A stretch of 64,000 bases of DNA from Candidatus Terraquivivens yellowstonensis (GTDB lineage: Archaea > Thermoproteota > Nitrososphaeria_A > Caldarchaeales > Wolframiiraptoraceae), in NCBI GenBank assembly GCA_023539445.1, contig JAKCEW010000003.1, forward strand, positions 71,808-135,807. Direction: 5' to 3'. The first letter of the stretch is position 1. Each line of letters starts with the position of its first letter. Below the pieces are notes generated by a model. The model was not told the origin of the DNA. It ran no database searches and worked only from the letters and a program-made list of their open reading frames with translations. Both the position numbers and the translations under genes were made by a program. This document shows, one piece after another, positions 40,392 to 50,015 of this stretch.

Positions 40392-41016
40392 AATCTGTGG
40401 TATAACGCGTGAACAAGACTTGGCGGCCGCTGTGGATGCTGGTGCCGATGCTGTAGGGTTCGTTGTAGCCTCGCCATTATCACCAAGAAATTTGACATAT
40501 GAAATGGCCAAGGATTTGATAAAGAGCGTGCCACTATTCGTGGATAGCGTGGTAGTGACTGTTACGTCAAACATCGATGAGCTGCTTAGAATTTGTAATG
40601 TGCTTAGACCCTCTGCGCTACAGGTACACAGCAATAATCTTCCGGATGCAGAAAAATTGCGGAGTATGTTACGTGGTATCAGGTTGATAAAAGCGGTTAA
40701 CGTCCGTGAAATCTTCGATATCGAATATCTGAAGCATTCGGTCAGCGAATTCGACGCCATATTGCTCGATTCTCTCGCCGGAGGATATGGTGGCCAAGGT
40801 AAGGTTCACGACTGGGAGCTAAGTAGGAAGATCGTTGAATATCTTTATCCTAAACCTGTGATGCTAGCCGGTGGCCTAACGCCTGAAAACGTGGCGGATG
40901 CCGTACGGATTGTGAGACCTTATGCCGTTGACGTATCGTCTGGCGTAGAAACAGATCCCGGAATAAAGGACAAAAGGAAGATTTTTGAATTCGTAAAGAA
41001 TGCGAGGCGGTGTTGA
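40372..41016 (+). CDS. trpF: Phosphoribosylanthranilate isomerase
   Basis: VKICGITREQD, AGADAVGFV, DSLAGGYGGQGK. Confidence 0.9.
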   Translation: MTYVKVKICGITREQDLAAAVDAGADAVGFVVASPLSPRNLTYEMAKDLIKSVPLFVDSVVVTVTSNIDELLRICNVLRPSALQVHSNNLPDAEKLRSMLRGIRLIKAVNVREIFDIEYLKHSVSEFDAILLDSLAGGYGGQGKVHDWELSRKIVEYLYPKPVMLAGGLTPENVADAVRIVRPYAVDVSSGVETDPGIKDKRKIFEFVKNARRC

Positions 41017-41070
41017 GGTACGTTAGGCACACAAGAAATTACGAAAAAGAAGAAATTTCTGGTCGCATAC

Positions 41071-41790
41071 ATGACTTTGGGTTATCCGACGCCCGACGCA
41101 TTCATGGAATATTCTGACATACTCAAAAGCTCCGGTGCCGATATATTGGAGCTCGGCATACCACCAAAAATTGCCATTTACGACGGTACGAGCATAAGGT
41201 TGTCGTACTGGAGAGTAAGGGAGCAAGGCATAGAGAAGGATACAGCATTAGAAATAGCTAGAAACGTAAGCGCAAGAAAGATCCTCTTGTCTTACCTAAA
41301 CACCGCTGGACAGTTAACGGAATTCATGTACTCTGTGGCAAAGAGCGGGGCTTTAGGTGCTCTCATACCGGATCTGGGCATGATGGGGGTTGTGGCCTTA
41401 GAGGAATATGCGAAAGCATGCGATGCTGCATCTCTTGAAAAATTCTTCTTCGCAAACTACAACTATCCAGATAACATAATTAGGAGCATGGCGAGCTACA
41501 ACCCTGCGTTCGTCTATATTGGGATATCATCCATTACGGGCGAGGTAGCTTACATAGAGCCAGCCAAGTCCATCAGTAGGGCTAGGGAATTAATCGGCAA
41601 CACACCTCTGGCGGTCGGTTTCGGTATAAGGGATCCGTCCTATGCGAAAAAGTTAGCGAGTATTGTCGATGGGATAGTCGTAGGTAGCGAAATCGTCAAC
41701 ATAATAGAAGAGAATGCTGCTGCAGTTGCAAAAAAGAAAGTATCAGACTTTGTAGCTTCGCTTAAGTCCGTTTTGGAAGACGTATCCTAA
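41071..41790 (+). CDS. trpA: Tryptophan synthase alpha chain (true start may be upstream of the first ATG)
   Basis: MTLGYPTPD...GADILELGIPPKIAIYDG...AVGFGI. Upstream in-frame codons KKKFLVAY also look TrpA-like. Confidence 0.8.
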   Translation: MTLGYPTPDAFMEYSDILKSSGADILELGIPPKIAIYDGTSIRLSYWRVREQGIEKDTALEIARNVSARKILLSYLNTAGQLTEFMYSVAKSGALGALIPDLGMMGVVALEEYAKACDAASLEKFFFANYNYPDNIIRSMASYNPAFVYIGISSITGEVAYIEPAKSISRARELIGNTPLAVGFGIRDPSYAKKLASIVDGIVVGSEIVNIIEENAAAVAKKKVSDFVASLKSVLEDVS

Positions 41791-42521
41791 AGCTTGATTC
41801 TCGAAAGCGCTTTTAGGACTGCCTTTCCTGCCTTCTCGACGTAGGGCTTGAGGTACTCAGCATTTACCATGGGCGTCATCTCTGCCAAGTTATCGCTTAT
41901 GATAAGCATAGCACCTGTCTTGACACCGCGCAGCATCCCGAGGCCGAAAATCGTCGCGCACTCCATCTCGACTGATATGTAGCCTTTACTCGCCCACCTT
42001 TTGACGAACTCCGGGTCCTCGGCGTAAAATGCGTCGCTGGAGAACACAGGGCCGATATGGTACGTCAAACCCTCTTCCTTTGCGGCATTCACCAATTCGT
42101 TCATCACGTCAAAGCTGGGAACGGGGGTTATGTGAGCGTCGGGTATGTACTGCGCAAGCGTCCCTCCCAAATACGCCGCTCCAGTTGGGATGACCACCTC
42201 GCCGATCTTCATGTGCTTTAGGAATGCCCCGGTCGTGCCAAGCCTAATGATGGCCTTAGCACCCAGCATCACAAGCTCCTCGAAAACTATCGCGGAGGAT
42301 GGACCGCCAACACCGTGGCAAGAAACGGTTATTGGCGTGCCATTAAAGTAACCCGTGTAGGTCAAAAAACCGCGGTTTTCGTTAACGAGTTTCGGCCTTT
42401 CTAACATTCTAGAAAGTTGAACAACCCTTGCCGGGTCTCCCGCAACCACAACCCTCTCTGCGATGTCGCCTTTTGCGGATTTTATATGCTGTGGCTGGCC
42501 TATCATGTCCCGCTTGACCAA
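41787..42521 (-). CDS. Nucleoside phosphorylase, PNP/UDP (NP-I) family
   Basis: VAGDPARV, CHGVGGPSSAIVFEEL, SVEMECATIF. Purine, uridine or MTA specificity is not decidable by eye. Confidence 0.8.
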   Translation of the reverse strand: MVKRDMIGQPQHIKSAKGDIAERVVVAGDPARVVQLSRMLERPKLVNENRGFLTYTGYFNGTPITVSCHGVGGPSSAIVFEELVMLGAKAIIRLGTTGAFLKHMKIGEVVIPTGAAYLGGTLAQYIPDAHITPVPSFDVMNELVNAAKEEGLTYHIGPVFSSDAFYAEDPEFVKRWASKGYISVEMECATIFGLGMLRGVKTGAMLIISDNLAEMTPMVNAEYLKPYVEKAGKAVLKALSRIKL

Positions 42522-42625
42522 AGGATTGGCGGAGCAGATTTATAAAAGCTTTGCAATTATGTCGCAAGTTTATGCAACATTAGGAAAACCCTTTAATAGA
42601 CATGTTTTTGGAACTATATTGAGGG

Positions 42626-42910
42626 ATGGGTTCAGCTCGTATGAGCGCTACGCTCGCAGACATCGAGGAAGAGCTGAAGTTTTGCCAGATGTCCGTGGAG
42701 AGCGAGAGTAGGCTCGAGTTTGTAGTGGGGGTCCTTCAGGAGGTAAGCTCAAAGCTGGAGGATCTCATGCTCGGGCAAAAGCTCTCGGAGAGCGAGATGG
42801 AGCTAGCTAAGAGCCTCTATCAAAAGGCAAGGTTGCTTCTACATAGAGCCCAAGCCATACTTAGCATAAGGGATAAAGAGCAGGAGAAGTTCCTTCCGAA
42901 GAGGGTTTAA
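42626..42910 (+). CDS. Hypothetical coiled-coil protein
   Basis: 94-aa ORF, helical and charged (ADIEEELKF...LAKSLYQKARLLLHRAQAIL). Start uncertain; a TATA-like TTTATAAAA lies at ~42538. Confidence 0.3.
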   Translation: MGSARMSATLADIEEELKFCQMSVESESRLEFVVGVLQEVSSKLEDLMLGQKLSESEMELAKSLYQKARLLLHRAQAILSIRDKEQEKFLPKRV

Positions 42911-42940
42911 AAGATAATTAAAAATTTTGGGTGTTAAGTC

Positions 42941-44389
42941 ATGGTAATGGAGGATGTTCTAAATTATGCGGTCAATTATGCGATGAAGTTGGGTGCTACC
43001 TATGCGGAGGCAAGGTATCAGTCGGATACTTTTGAGGAGTTCACTCTAAGGAACGGAGTGCCTGAGGCGCCTGCGTTCGGCACGAGTAGGGGCCTGTCCG
43101 TAAGGGTCATAGTTTCTGGCTCCATGGGTTTTGCTTCAACAAATCTGACAAGAAAGACGGATGTAAGAGATGCCGTCAATAGGGCTATAACACTCGCGAA
43201 AGCTTCCTCGAAAGCCGTCAAAAACCCCATCAGGATGGCTGATGTAAAGACAGTAAGAGCGGAGTGCGTGATTAAGCCGAGAATAAAACCCGAGTATGTC
43301 GATCCCGACTCTAAGGTCGAGCTGCTTAAGGATGTTGATGAGAGAAGCGTTGCGATAACTTCTCGGGACGATGTAAAGCTTCCTTCAAGGGTTTTAAGCG
43401 TAGGTTACCTAATGACAGAGAAGCAAATAATCACGTCCGAGGGGTCGAGCGTTTATAGCCGCATACCAAGGGTTATGTTCTCTTACATGCTAACAGCGGC
43501 AAAGGCCGGGAAGGGAACGGCACAAAGGTTCGAGAACATGGGAGAGTCTGGAGGTTGGGAAAGGGTTGAGAGGTGGCTCCTCGAGGATAAGGTTTCGGAA
43601 GAGGCGAGCAAGCTCGCTAATATTTTGACAGAGGCAACGGAGCCGCCTACGGACACGCTCGACGTCGTGCTGGGACCTGAGCTCGTTGGGATAATCTGTC
43701 ACGAGTCTGCCGGACATCCATTAGAAGCCGATAGGGTCTTGGGAAGGGAGGCGGCACAAGGCGGCGAGACGTACGTGAGTCGTGAGCTCATCGGTGAGCG
43801 CATAGGCTCGGAGCACGTTACGATCGTGGATGACCCAAGATTGCCGAATTCCTTCGGTTACTATCTTTACGATGATGAGTGTGTCGAAGCTAGAGAAAGA
43901 GTGCTCATCGAGAATGGAAGGATAAATGAATTGTTGCACAACAGGGAAACGGCTACCGAGTTTGGCACGGTCAGCAACGGTTCCTCGAGGGCGAGCCTTT
44001 ATGGTGTCGAGCCGATAGTGCGCATGGCAAACACTTACATGAAGCCAGGAGATTATTCGCTCGAAGAACTGATAGAGGGTATAAGGTATGGTGTATACAT
44101 AAGCTCGTACATGGAGTGGAACATCGATGACAGAAGATGGAATCAGAGATACGTTGGGCTGGAGGCATATCTGATAAAGAATGGCAAGCTTGATGCCATG
44201 CTAAGGAATCCGACGATCGAGCTGACCACGAAAGGTCTTTACTCGTCAGTAGATGCCGTGGGCAAAGAGGTTAAGTTTTATGCAGGCTACTGTGGTAAAA
44301 GCGAGCCCATGCAGAGCATGCCTGTCTGGTTCGGCGGTCCGGCCATAAGGCTCAGAAACGTAAGACTCGGCAGGTCACCAGTTTCTTAA
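42941..44389 (+). CDS. tldD: TldD-type metalloprotease (TldD/PmbA family)
   Basis: HESAGHPLEAD zinc motif. 482 aa. Confidence 0.85.
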   Translation: MVMEDVLNYAVNYAMKLGATYAEARYQSDTFEEFTLRNGVPEAPAFGTSRGLSVRVIVSGSMGFASTNLTRKTDVRDAVNRAITLAKASSKAVKNPIRMADVKTVRAECVIKPRIKPEYVDPDSKVELLKDVDERSVAITSRDDVKLPSRVLSVGYLMTEKQIITSEGSSVYSRIPRVMFSYMLTAAKAGKGTAQRFENMGESGGWERVERWLLEDKVSEEASKLANILTEATEPPTDTLDVVLGPELVGIICHESAGHPLEADRVLGREAAQGGETYVSRELIGERIGSEHVTIVDDPRLPNSFGYYLYDDECVEARERVLIENGRINELLHNRETATEFGTVSNGSSRASLYGVEPIVRMANTYMKPGDYSLEELIEGIRYGVYISSYMEWNIDDRRWNQRYVGLEAYLIKNGKLDAMLRNPTIELTTKGLYSSVDAVGKEVKFYAGYCGKSEPMQSMPVWFGGPAIRLRNVRLGRSPVS

Positions 44390-44392
44390 ACT

Positions 44393-45778
44393 ATGACGGA
44401 ACAAAAGGTTCACAATATAGATAATATAAGGGTCCTGTATCCATATGAGCGAAGAGATGGTGTGCTGATGTCGTTCTTAGGGAAGTATGCTGAGCTTAGG
44501 AGGCGAAAGGGTAGCATAATGTGCATCTCGCTGGACGTGAAAAGGAAAGGGGAGAGTAGGAAGGAGTATTTGGAAAGATTGAGGCAGCTCGTTGAGCGGA
44601 CGGCACCTTATGTTGTAGCATTCAAGATAAACGAGAATTACACCAGGCACTTGAGTGTGGAGGATCATCAAGAGATCACGCAGCTTTGTAAATCGCTCGG
44701 TACGCTAACCATATACGACTGCAAACTCTCGGACATAACGAGTACGGCTACGGCCGGTATCAATATAGTCAAGGACATGGGCTACGATGGTCTCACGGTA
44801 AACCCAATATTCGGGAACCTAAGCCAAATCGCCGAAGTGGCTCATGGACTAGGGATGGCCCTGTTCTCAGTTACCTTGCCATCAAACCCTGAGTCCGCGA
44901 GGCTTTTCAAGCTGGACGTAGGAGGTAAAAAGCTATTTGAAGTATTTGCAGAGGATGCAAAGATTTCGAGGGTGGATGGTCTCGTCGTCAGCGCTACGGA
45001 GACGGCCTCTGCAGACGACATAAACACTATAAGGAAAATTGTCGGTGAGGAGCCAATAATTCTCTTTCCCGGCATAGGAGCGCAAAGCGGCGATATAGAG
45101 AAGGCAATAATTTATGGTGGCTGGAACGTGCTATTGAACGTTGGCAGGTCCATAGTCGAATCCCCTGAGCCAGAAAAAGCGGCGGCCGAGTACAGGAACG
45201 TTTTAACAGATTCTTGGATACGCGTGAACGCTGCCTTGGAAATTATTAGAACTCCTGGTGTCTACCACTACTCGCCAGAAAAACCGTTCATATTATCGAG
45301 CGGAAAGGAGAGCGACTACTACGTTGATATTAGAGCCCTTTACTCGCACCCGGAGCCGAGGGGCAAGATAGCTGAGCTCATGCTTGTGAAGATAAGCATG
45401 GAAGGGAACGTGAATGTCGATAAGGTGGCCACGACGGAGACCGCCGGCATACCCATAGCTTCGATAGTTGCCGATAGGTTATGCAAAGGTCTGGTGTACG
45501 TCAGGCATAAGGAGAAGGGCTACGGGACTGGAAGAAAGGTCGAGGGGATTGTGCAACGCGGTGATAGGGTGATTTGTGTCGACGACCTGACGACGACTGG
45601 TGAGACCGCGGAAGCTTGTGTCAAGGCAGTGTCGGAGCTTGGCGGGAAAGTGCTGGCATATTATGTGGTATTCGACAGGGAAGAGGGCGCGGCGGATAGA
45701 CTTAGCCGTATCGGTGTGAGGCTAAGCTACCTTACCAACACTTCCACGCTTAAAGGTCTAATGAAAAAGGCCGCTTAG
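44393..45778 (+). CDS. pyrF-pyrE: Bifunctional orotidine-5'-phosphate decarboxylase (N-terminal) / orotate phosphoribosyltransferase (C-terminal)
   Basis: ODCase motifs SLDV, AFKIN, IYDCKLSDITST (DxKxxDI), PGIGAQSG. These are followed by OPRTase motifs FILSSGKESDYYVDIR and the PRPP loop VICVDDLTTTGET. An alternative start lies at Met 44468. Confidence 0.85.
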   Translation: MTEQKVHNIDNIRVLYPYERRDGVLMSFLGKYAELRRRKGSIMCISLDVKRKGESRKEYLERLRQLVERTAPYVVAFKINENYTRHLSVEDHQEITQLCKSLGTLTIYDCKLSDITSTATAGINIVKDMGYDGLTVNPIFGNLSQIAEVAHGLGMALFSVTLPSNPESARLFKLDVGGKKLFEVFAEDAKISRVDGLVVSATETASADDINTIRKIVGEEPIILFPGIGAQSGDIEKAIIYGGWNVLLNVGRSIVESPEPEKAAAEYRNVLTDSWIRVNAALEIIRTPGVYHYSPEKPFILSSGKESDYYVDIRALYSHPEPRGKIAELMLVKISMEGNVNVDKVATTETAGIPIASIVADRLCKGLVYVRHKEKGYGTGRKVEGIVQRGDRVICVDDLTTTGETAEACVKAVSELGGKVLAYYVVFDREEGAADRLSRIGVRLSYLTNTSTLKGLMKKAA

Positions 45779-45831
45779 AGCGTATAAACCGGAAAAGCCT
45801 ATATGTAGATTATGGCACCTCTGCATCGGCT

Positions 45832-46194
45832 ATGTCCGGAAATGACTTGGAACTCAAGAGGATACAGATGAGGAAGTTACGCCAGCTGATGCAAAGTGCT
45901 CAGAAGATTGAGCAACCCAAGGCCGAAGCGACGCCTATGGAAAAGCTCAGACCGTTCCTCGGTGATAGGGCAGAAGAAGTGCTTAACGCCGCCCTTGAGC
46001 AATACCCCGAGCAGGCAAGGGTCGTGATAAATAAACTGGCAGAGCTAGCAGACAAAGGCGCTCTGCAAGATAAGATCGATGGGGGAACGCTCCTCCAGCT
46101 ATTCAGAAGGCTGGGCATGCGGGTAAAGCTTGAGACTGAGATCCTGTTTTATAAAGAAGGCGAGTATAAAAGGCTCAGCGAGATGCTAAAATAA
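45832..46194 (+). CDS. PDCD5/TFAR19-like dsDNA-binding protein (tentative)
   Basis: 120 aa. N-terminal LELKRIQMRKLRQL and a central helical segment resemble COG2118 proteins. Assigned from memory. Confidence 0.45.
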   Translation: MSGNDLELKRIQMRKLRQLMQSAQKIEQPKAEATPMEKLRPFLGDRAEEVLNAALEQYPEQARVVINKLAELADKGALQDKIDGGTLLQLFRRLGMRVKLETEILFYKEGEYKRLSEMLK

Positions 46195-46240
46195 GGTATT
46201 AGGAAATTTTAAATACAAGATTCTATTGCGGGCGCTTTAG

Positions 46241-46678
46241 GTGGCACCGTGCGTGTCTGAAAGTTTTGAGGTACCGGAAGACTTGATATATAGTAAGGAC
46301 CACCTATGGATTAAGATCGTCAAGAAAAAGGTAGCGATGCTCGGCATAACGGACTACGCGCAAAAGAAGCTACGTGACATAATGTATCTCGAGTTGCCGA
46401 ACGTTAACCAGAAGATCAGGCAGGGAGATACTCTCTGCACAATAGAATCAGTAAAGGCAGTGACGGAAGTATATTCCCCAATTACAGGAAAGGTTGTTGA
46501 GGTAAACAGCAACTTAATCGATAAGCCGGAGTTGATAAACGATTCACCGTACGAAGATGGTTGGATAGTGAAGGTAGAGATTTCTGACCCTAGCGAGTTA
46601 GAGAAGTTGATGGATGCCGACGAATACAGGCGGTATATTGAGGGCTTGGAAGAGGAAGCGAGAGGAGAGGAAGAATAA
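46241..46678 (+). CDS. gcvH: Glycine cleavage system H protein (lipoyl carrier)
   Basis: HLWIK..GITDYAQ, lipoyl-lysine context IESVKAV, SPITGKVVEVN. Confidence 0.85.
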   Translation: MAPCVSESFEVPEDLIYSKDHLWIKIVKKKVAMLGITDYAQKKLRDIMYLELPNVNQKIRQGDTLCTIESVKAVTEVYSPITGKVVEVNSNLIDKPELINDSPYEDGWIVKVEISDPSELEKLMDADEYRRYIEGLEEEARGEEE

Positions 46679-46721
46679 GATTCCTAGGAAGTTTTTATAG
46701 CCGTACGGCATCCAGACTTCC

Positions 46722-48821
46722 GTGAAAGGTTTAGAATACCTCATAAGGCCTCGCACCGTAGCTGTCGTTGGAGCCTCGAGGGAGCCGACAAAGATCGGCC
46801 ACGTAATACTCAAAAACATAATCGAGAACGGTTTCCCGAGTGAACGTGTCTTTCCGATCAACCCGAATGTTGATGAGGTGCTTGGTCTCAAGTGCTATCC
46901 GAGTCTGAAAGACGTACCATTTGAGGTTGACCTAGCGGTAATTGTTGTGCCTGCCAGCATCGTTCCAAGGATTGTTGAGGATTGTGTCGAAAAAGGTGTG
47001 AAATTTGCGGCCATAATATCCTCTGGATTTAAAGAGGTCGGGAACGTTGAGGCTGAGAAGAAGCTGGTAGAGATTGCCAGAAAGGGTGGCGTTAGGATAC
47101 TAGGGCCCAACATAGTGGGCCTGATAGACACCGTAGTCAACCTGAACGCGAGCTTCTTGCCATACCTTCCAGACAAGGGAGAGATCGTCATGATATCCCA
47201 GAGCGGTGCCTTGGCTTCAGGACTGCTCACTTGGACGAAGGTCAGGGGCATAGGCCTTTTGGACATCGTAAGCTTAGGAAACAGGGCTGATATTGATGAG
47301 TGCGAGCTTCTCGAGTTCTTCTCCAAAGACCCCTACACCAAAGCCATAACACTTTACCTAGAAAGTGTCGAGGATGGAAAAAAGTTCATGGAAGTTGCTA
47401 AGAAAGTTGGCAAGGAAAAACCCATAATCATCTTGAAGGCTGGGAAGGGCAAGAAGGCGGCTGAGGCTGTAAAATCGCATACCGGCTCGCTGGCAGGTTC
47501 TGATGTTGCCTACGATGCGGCGTTCAAACAGTGTGGAGTCATAAGGGCGAGCGATATACGAACGCTTTTCGACTATGCATTGTCTTTGGCCATGCTACCA
47601 GACCCAAAAGGGGAGAATGTCGTGATAGTGACGAATGGCGGCGGTGTAGGAATCATGTGCGCGGATGCCTGCGAGGAGCTAAACCTCCATTTGATGGGCA
47701 TACCTGAGGATTTAGCTTCGGCTCTAAGGGAGTGGATGCCGAGTTTCGGCTCGGTTCTCAACCCAATAGACCTAACAGGCATGGCCACCGAAAAAGAATA
47801 CTACGGAGCCCTATCGGTCTTGTTGAATGATGAAAGGGTCCATGCCGTCATAGCACTTTTTTCGCATCCGGCCATGCTCAATCCCATGAACGTCGCTGAG
47901 GCCATAGCGAGCTGTGTGAATAATGCGGGTAAAAACAAACCAGTAGTTGCGGTATTCATAGGTGGAAAAGAGTGCGAGGATGCTACAAGGTTTCTCATAA
48001 AAAACGGCATACCTACCTTTGACACACCGGAAAGGGGGGCGGTTGCTCTCGCGACGAAGTACAGATACGCCTATTACAAAAGCAGGCCGGTGGGCAAGTA
48101 TCTCGAAGTTAAGGGGGAAAAGGAGAAGGCATATGAGATCATAGCAAGAGCCTTAAGGGAAGGTAGGAATCTCACACAATCCGAGTCGTGCGAAGTTGCA
48201 AGACTCTATGGAATACCCACACCGAAGAAATTCGTTGCGAAAAGTTTGGAGGAGGCCATAATGTTGGCGGAGCAAGTGGGATATCCCGTTGTCCTGGAGG
48301 TTGAGTCCCCGGACATAGTGCACAAGACTGACGTGGGAGCGATAAAGCTCAACATAAAAGACAGAAAAGAGTTGGAGTGCGCTTATCATGAGATCATCGA
48401 TTCTGTTAGGGAGAAAGTTCCGAGTGCTAGGATAGAGGGCATCGTGGTCAGGTCGTTCATTAAAGAGGGCGTACAGGTTGCCGTGGGAATGCATAGGGAC
48501 GACGTTTTTGGACCAATCATTATGTTCGGCTCTGGGGGTGTTCTAGTAGAACTATACAAAGACGTGTCCTTCAGGGTCGCTCCACTCACGGATGTTGATG
48601 TTGAAGAGATTATGAATGAGACGAAGGTCTATCAGATATTGAAAGGCTTTAGAGGCCCTCCGAAGGACGTGCAATCCGTGAAGAATGTCTTGGCGGCGGT
48701 GGGCCAACTCGCACTGGACTTTGATGTTATAAGCGATGTCGATATAAACCCGCTATTCGTCTACGAAAGCGGTTGTATGGCCTTTGACGTAAAGATACTG
48801 TTGAGGCACGCTGTCGCATAG
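46722..48821 (+). CDS. acd: ADP-forming acetyl-CoA (acyl-CoA) synthetase, fused alpha-beta type
   Basis: CoA-binding N-terminus VAVVGASREPTKIG, phospho-His loop KSHTGSLAGS, C-terminal ATP-grasp (GYPVVLEVESPDIVHKTDVG). 699 aa. Confidence 0.9.
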   Translation: MKGLEYLIRPRTVAVVGASREPTKIGHVILKNIIENGFPSERVFPINPNVDEVLGLKCYPSLKDVPFEVDLAVIVVPASIVPRIVEDCVEKGVKFAAIISSGFKEVGNVEAEKKLVEIARKGGVRILGPNIVGLIDTVVNLNASFLPYLPDKGEIVMISQSGALASGLLTWTKVRGIGLLDIVSLGNRADIDECELLEFFSKDPYTKAITLYLESVEDGKKFMEVAKKVGKEKPIIILKAGKGKKAAEAVKSHTGSLAGSDVAYDAAFKQCGVIRASDIRTLFDYALSLAMLPDPKGENVVIVTNGGGVGIMCADACEELNLHLMGIPEDLASALREWMPSFGSVLNPIDLTGMATEKEYYGALSVLLNDERVHAVIALFSHPAMLNPMNVAEAIASCVNNAGKNKPVVAVFIGGKECEDATRFLIKNGIPTFDTPERGAVALATKYRYAYYKSRPVGKYLEVKGEKEKAYEIIARALREGRNLTQSESCEVARLYGIPTPKKFVAKSLEEAIMLAEQVGYPVVLEVESPDIVHKTDVGAIKLNIKDRKELECAYHEIIDSVREKVPSARIEGIVVRSFIKEGVQVAVGMHRDDVFGPIIMFGSGGVLVELYKDVSFRVAPLTDVDVEEIMNETKVYQILKGFRGPPKDVQSVKNVLAAVGQLALDFDVISDVDINPLFVYESGCMAFDVKILLRHAVA

Positions 48822-48882
48822 CTGTTGGATTTTTATTCTTTCTCGACAAGCTAATATACTTCTGAGTTCCTCCTATTGTCAA

Positions 48883-49215
48883 ATGGTTCTGGTGAAGGTT
48901 TACAGGATTTCCAGCACTAGCGACCCCGAGACAGGCAGGCCTGGAAGAATCATAGAGTTGGTCGAGGTCAGACGACAGAATGAAAGATCCACCGGACTTA
49001 CCGAGGAAAGTTTGATGCTACAAAGGTTGATGCAAGGCGTATTTCTTCAGATGCAATCTATGGGCTTGTTGCCCCATGCAAGAGAGATCATTATACCAAA
49101 GATGACGCTGTTTCTTACGGAGGAAGAGTACGAGATGCTCAACGTGAAGCTCGAAGTGAACTACATTTACGAACTGCAATTTAAGGACGGAAAAATAACG
49201 TTCATTCCTGTCTAA
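48883..49215 (+). CDS. Hypothetical protein
   Basis: 110-aa ORF. No family recognised. Confidence 0.3.
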   Translation: MVLVKVYRISSTSDPETGRPGRIIELVEVRRQNERSTGLTEESLMLQRLMQGVFLQMQSMGLLPHAREIIIPKMTLFLTEEEYEMLNVKLEVNYIYELQFKDGKITFIPV

Positions 49216-49216
49216 C

Positions 49217-49843
49217 TCAGCGATTCCCTTTCAATCTAGACCTAACGTGTAAGACTCTTTGGACGATCACTAAGACGTTTATTGCTACCAGTGCGATGGA
49301 TACAAGCATTATACTGCAGGGAAAGAAGTATTCGGCTATCGATGCGGCGAATATTACAAGAATCCTCTCGGCCCTCTCGAACAACCCTATGCCCTTCATT
49401 TCTACGCCAAGTCCTTCCGCCCTCGCCCTTGAATAGCTAACTAAGTACGAAGACAGCAACAGGAGCATACCTAGCAAGACATTTAGGAAGTTTGCGAGGG
49501 TCATCGCAACGATTATTGCTGCATCCTCTATCCTGTCGAGCATTGAGTCCGTGAATGCACCAAAGGCAGTAACTTTGCCTGCTGCTCTCGCTACTGCACC
49601 ATCTATTGCGTCGAAGAAACCGGATACTAGCAGAGCGATGGCCGCTAAGATTATCAGCTCGCGTACGCTGGCGGCTAAAACGTAAAGAGAGGCCGAAACG
49701 ATGGCAAAGGCGAGGCCAGACAGGCTTAGCGCTGTGGGGCTTACGCCGCATCTGGCCATATAGCTGACAAGCCTACCTACAACTGCTTCAAAGAGTTCCC
49801 TTCCCTTTCTTCCTAGCAACGATGTGTTTCCCAAGCGCACCAT
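49217..49843 (-). CDS. CDP-alcohol phosphatidyltransferase family protein
   Basis: Signature DAIDGAVARAAGKVTAFGAFTDSMLDRIED (D-x2-DG-x2-AR...G-x3-D-x3-D) within a multi-helix membrane protein. Confidence 0.8.
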   Translation of the reverse strand: MVRLGNTSLLGRKGRELFEAVVGRLVSYMARCGVSPTALSLSGLAFAIVSASLYVLAASVRELIILAAIALLVSGFFDAIDGAVARAAGKVTAFGAFTDSMLDRIEDAAIIVAMTLANFLNVLLGMLLLLSSYLVSYSRARAEGLGVEMKGIGLFERAERILVIFAASIAEYFFPCSIMLVSIALVAINVLVIVQRVLHVRSRLKGNR

Positions 49844-50015
49844 GCTGACTTCTGAGAAAATCCTTTAATAACTTATTCTCCTGAATGGATTTTGCAGATT
49901 CGGCATCTGTAATCTTGAAAAAAACTAAGTATCCGTATTTAACTTTAACTCACTAATGCTTCGATGCTTCTGAAAAAAGGTTTTTTATTGAGAGAAAACA
50001 CGTCACTTCGAGAGA

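Noticed and set aside
42463-42711. 82-aa ORF and an internal ATG (42572) about 30 nt downstream of a good TATA-like box (TTTATAAAA).
   Set aside because: The ORF track version begins inside the nucleoside phosphorylase gene on the opposite strand. The 53-aa ATG-initiated version is R/G-rich and featureless and overlaps the more protein-like coiled-coil ORF 42626..42910. Which of the two is expressed cannot be decided here.
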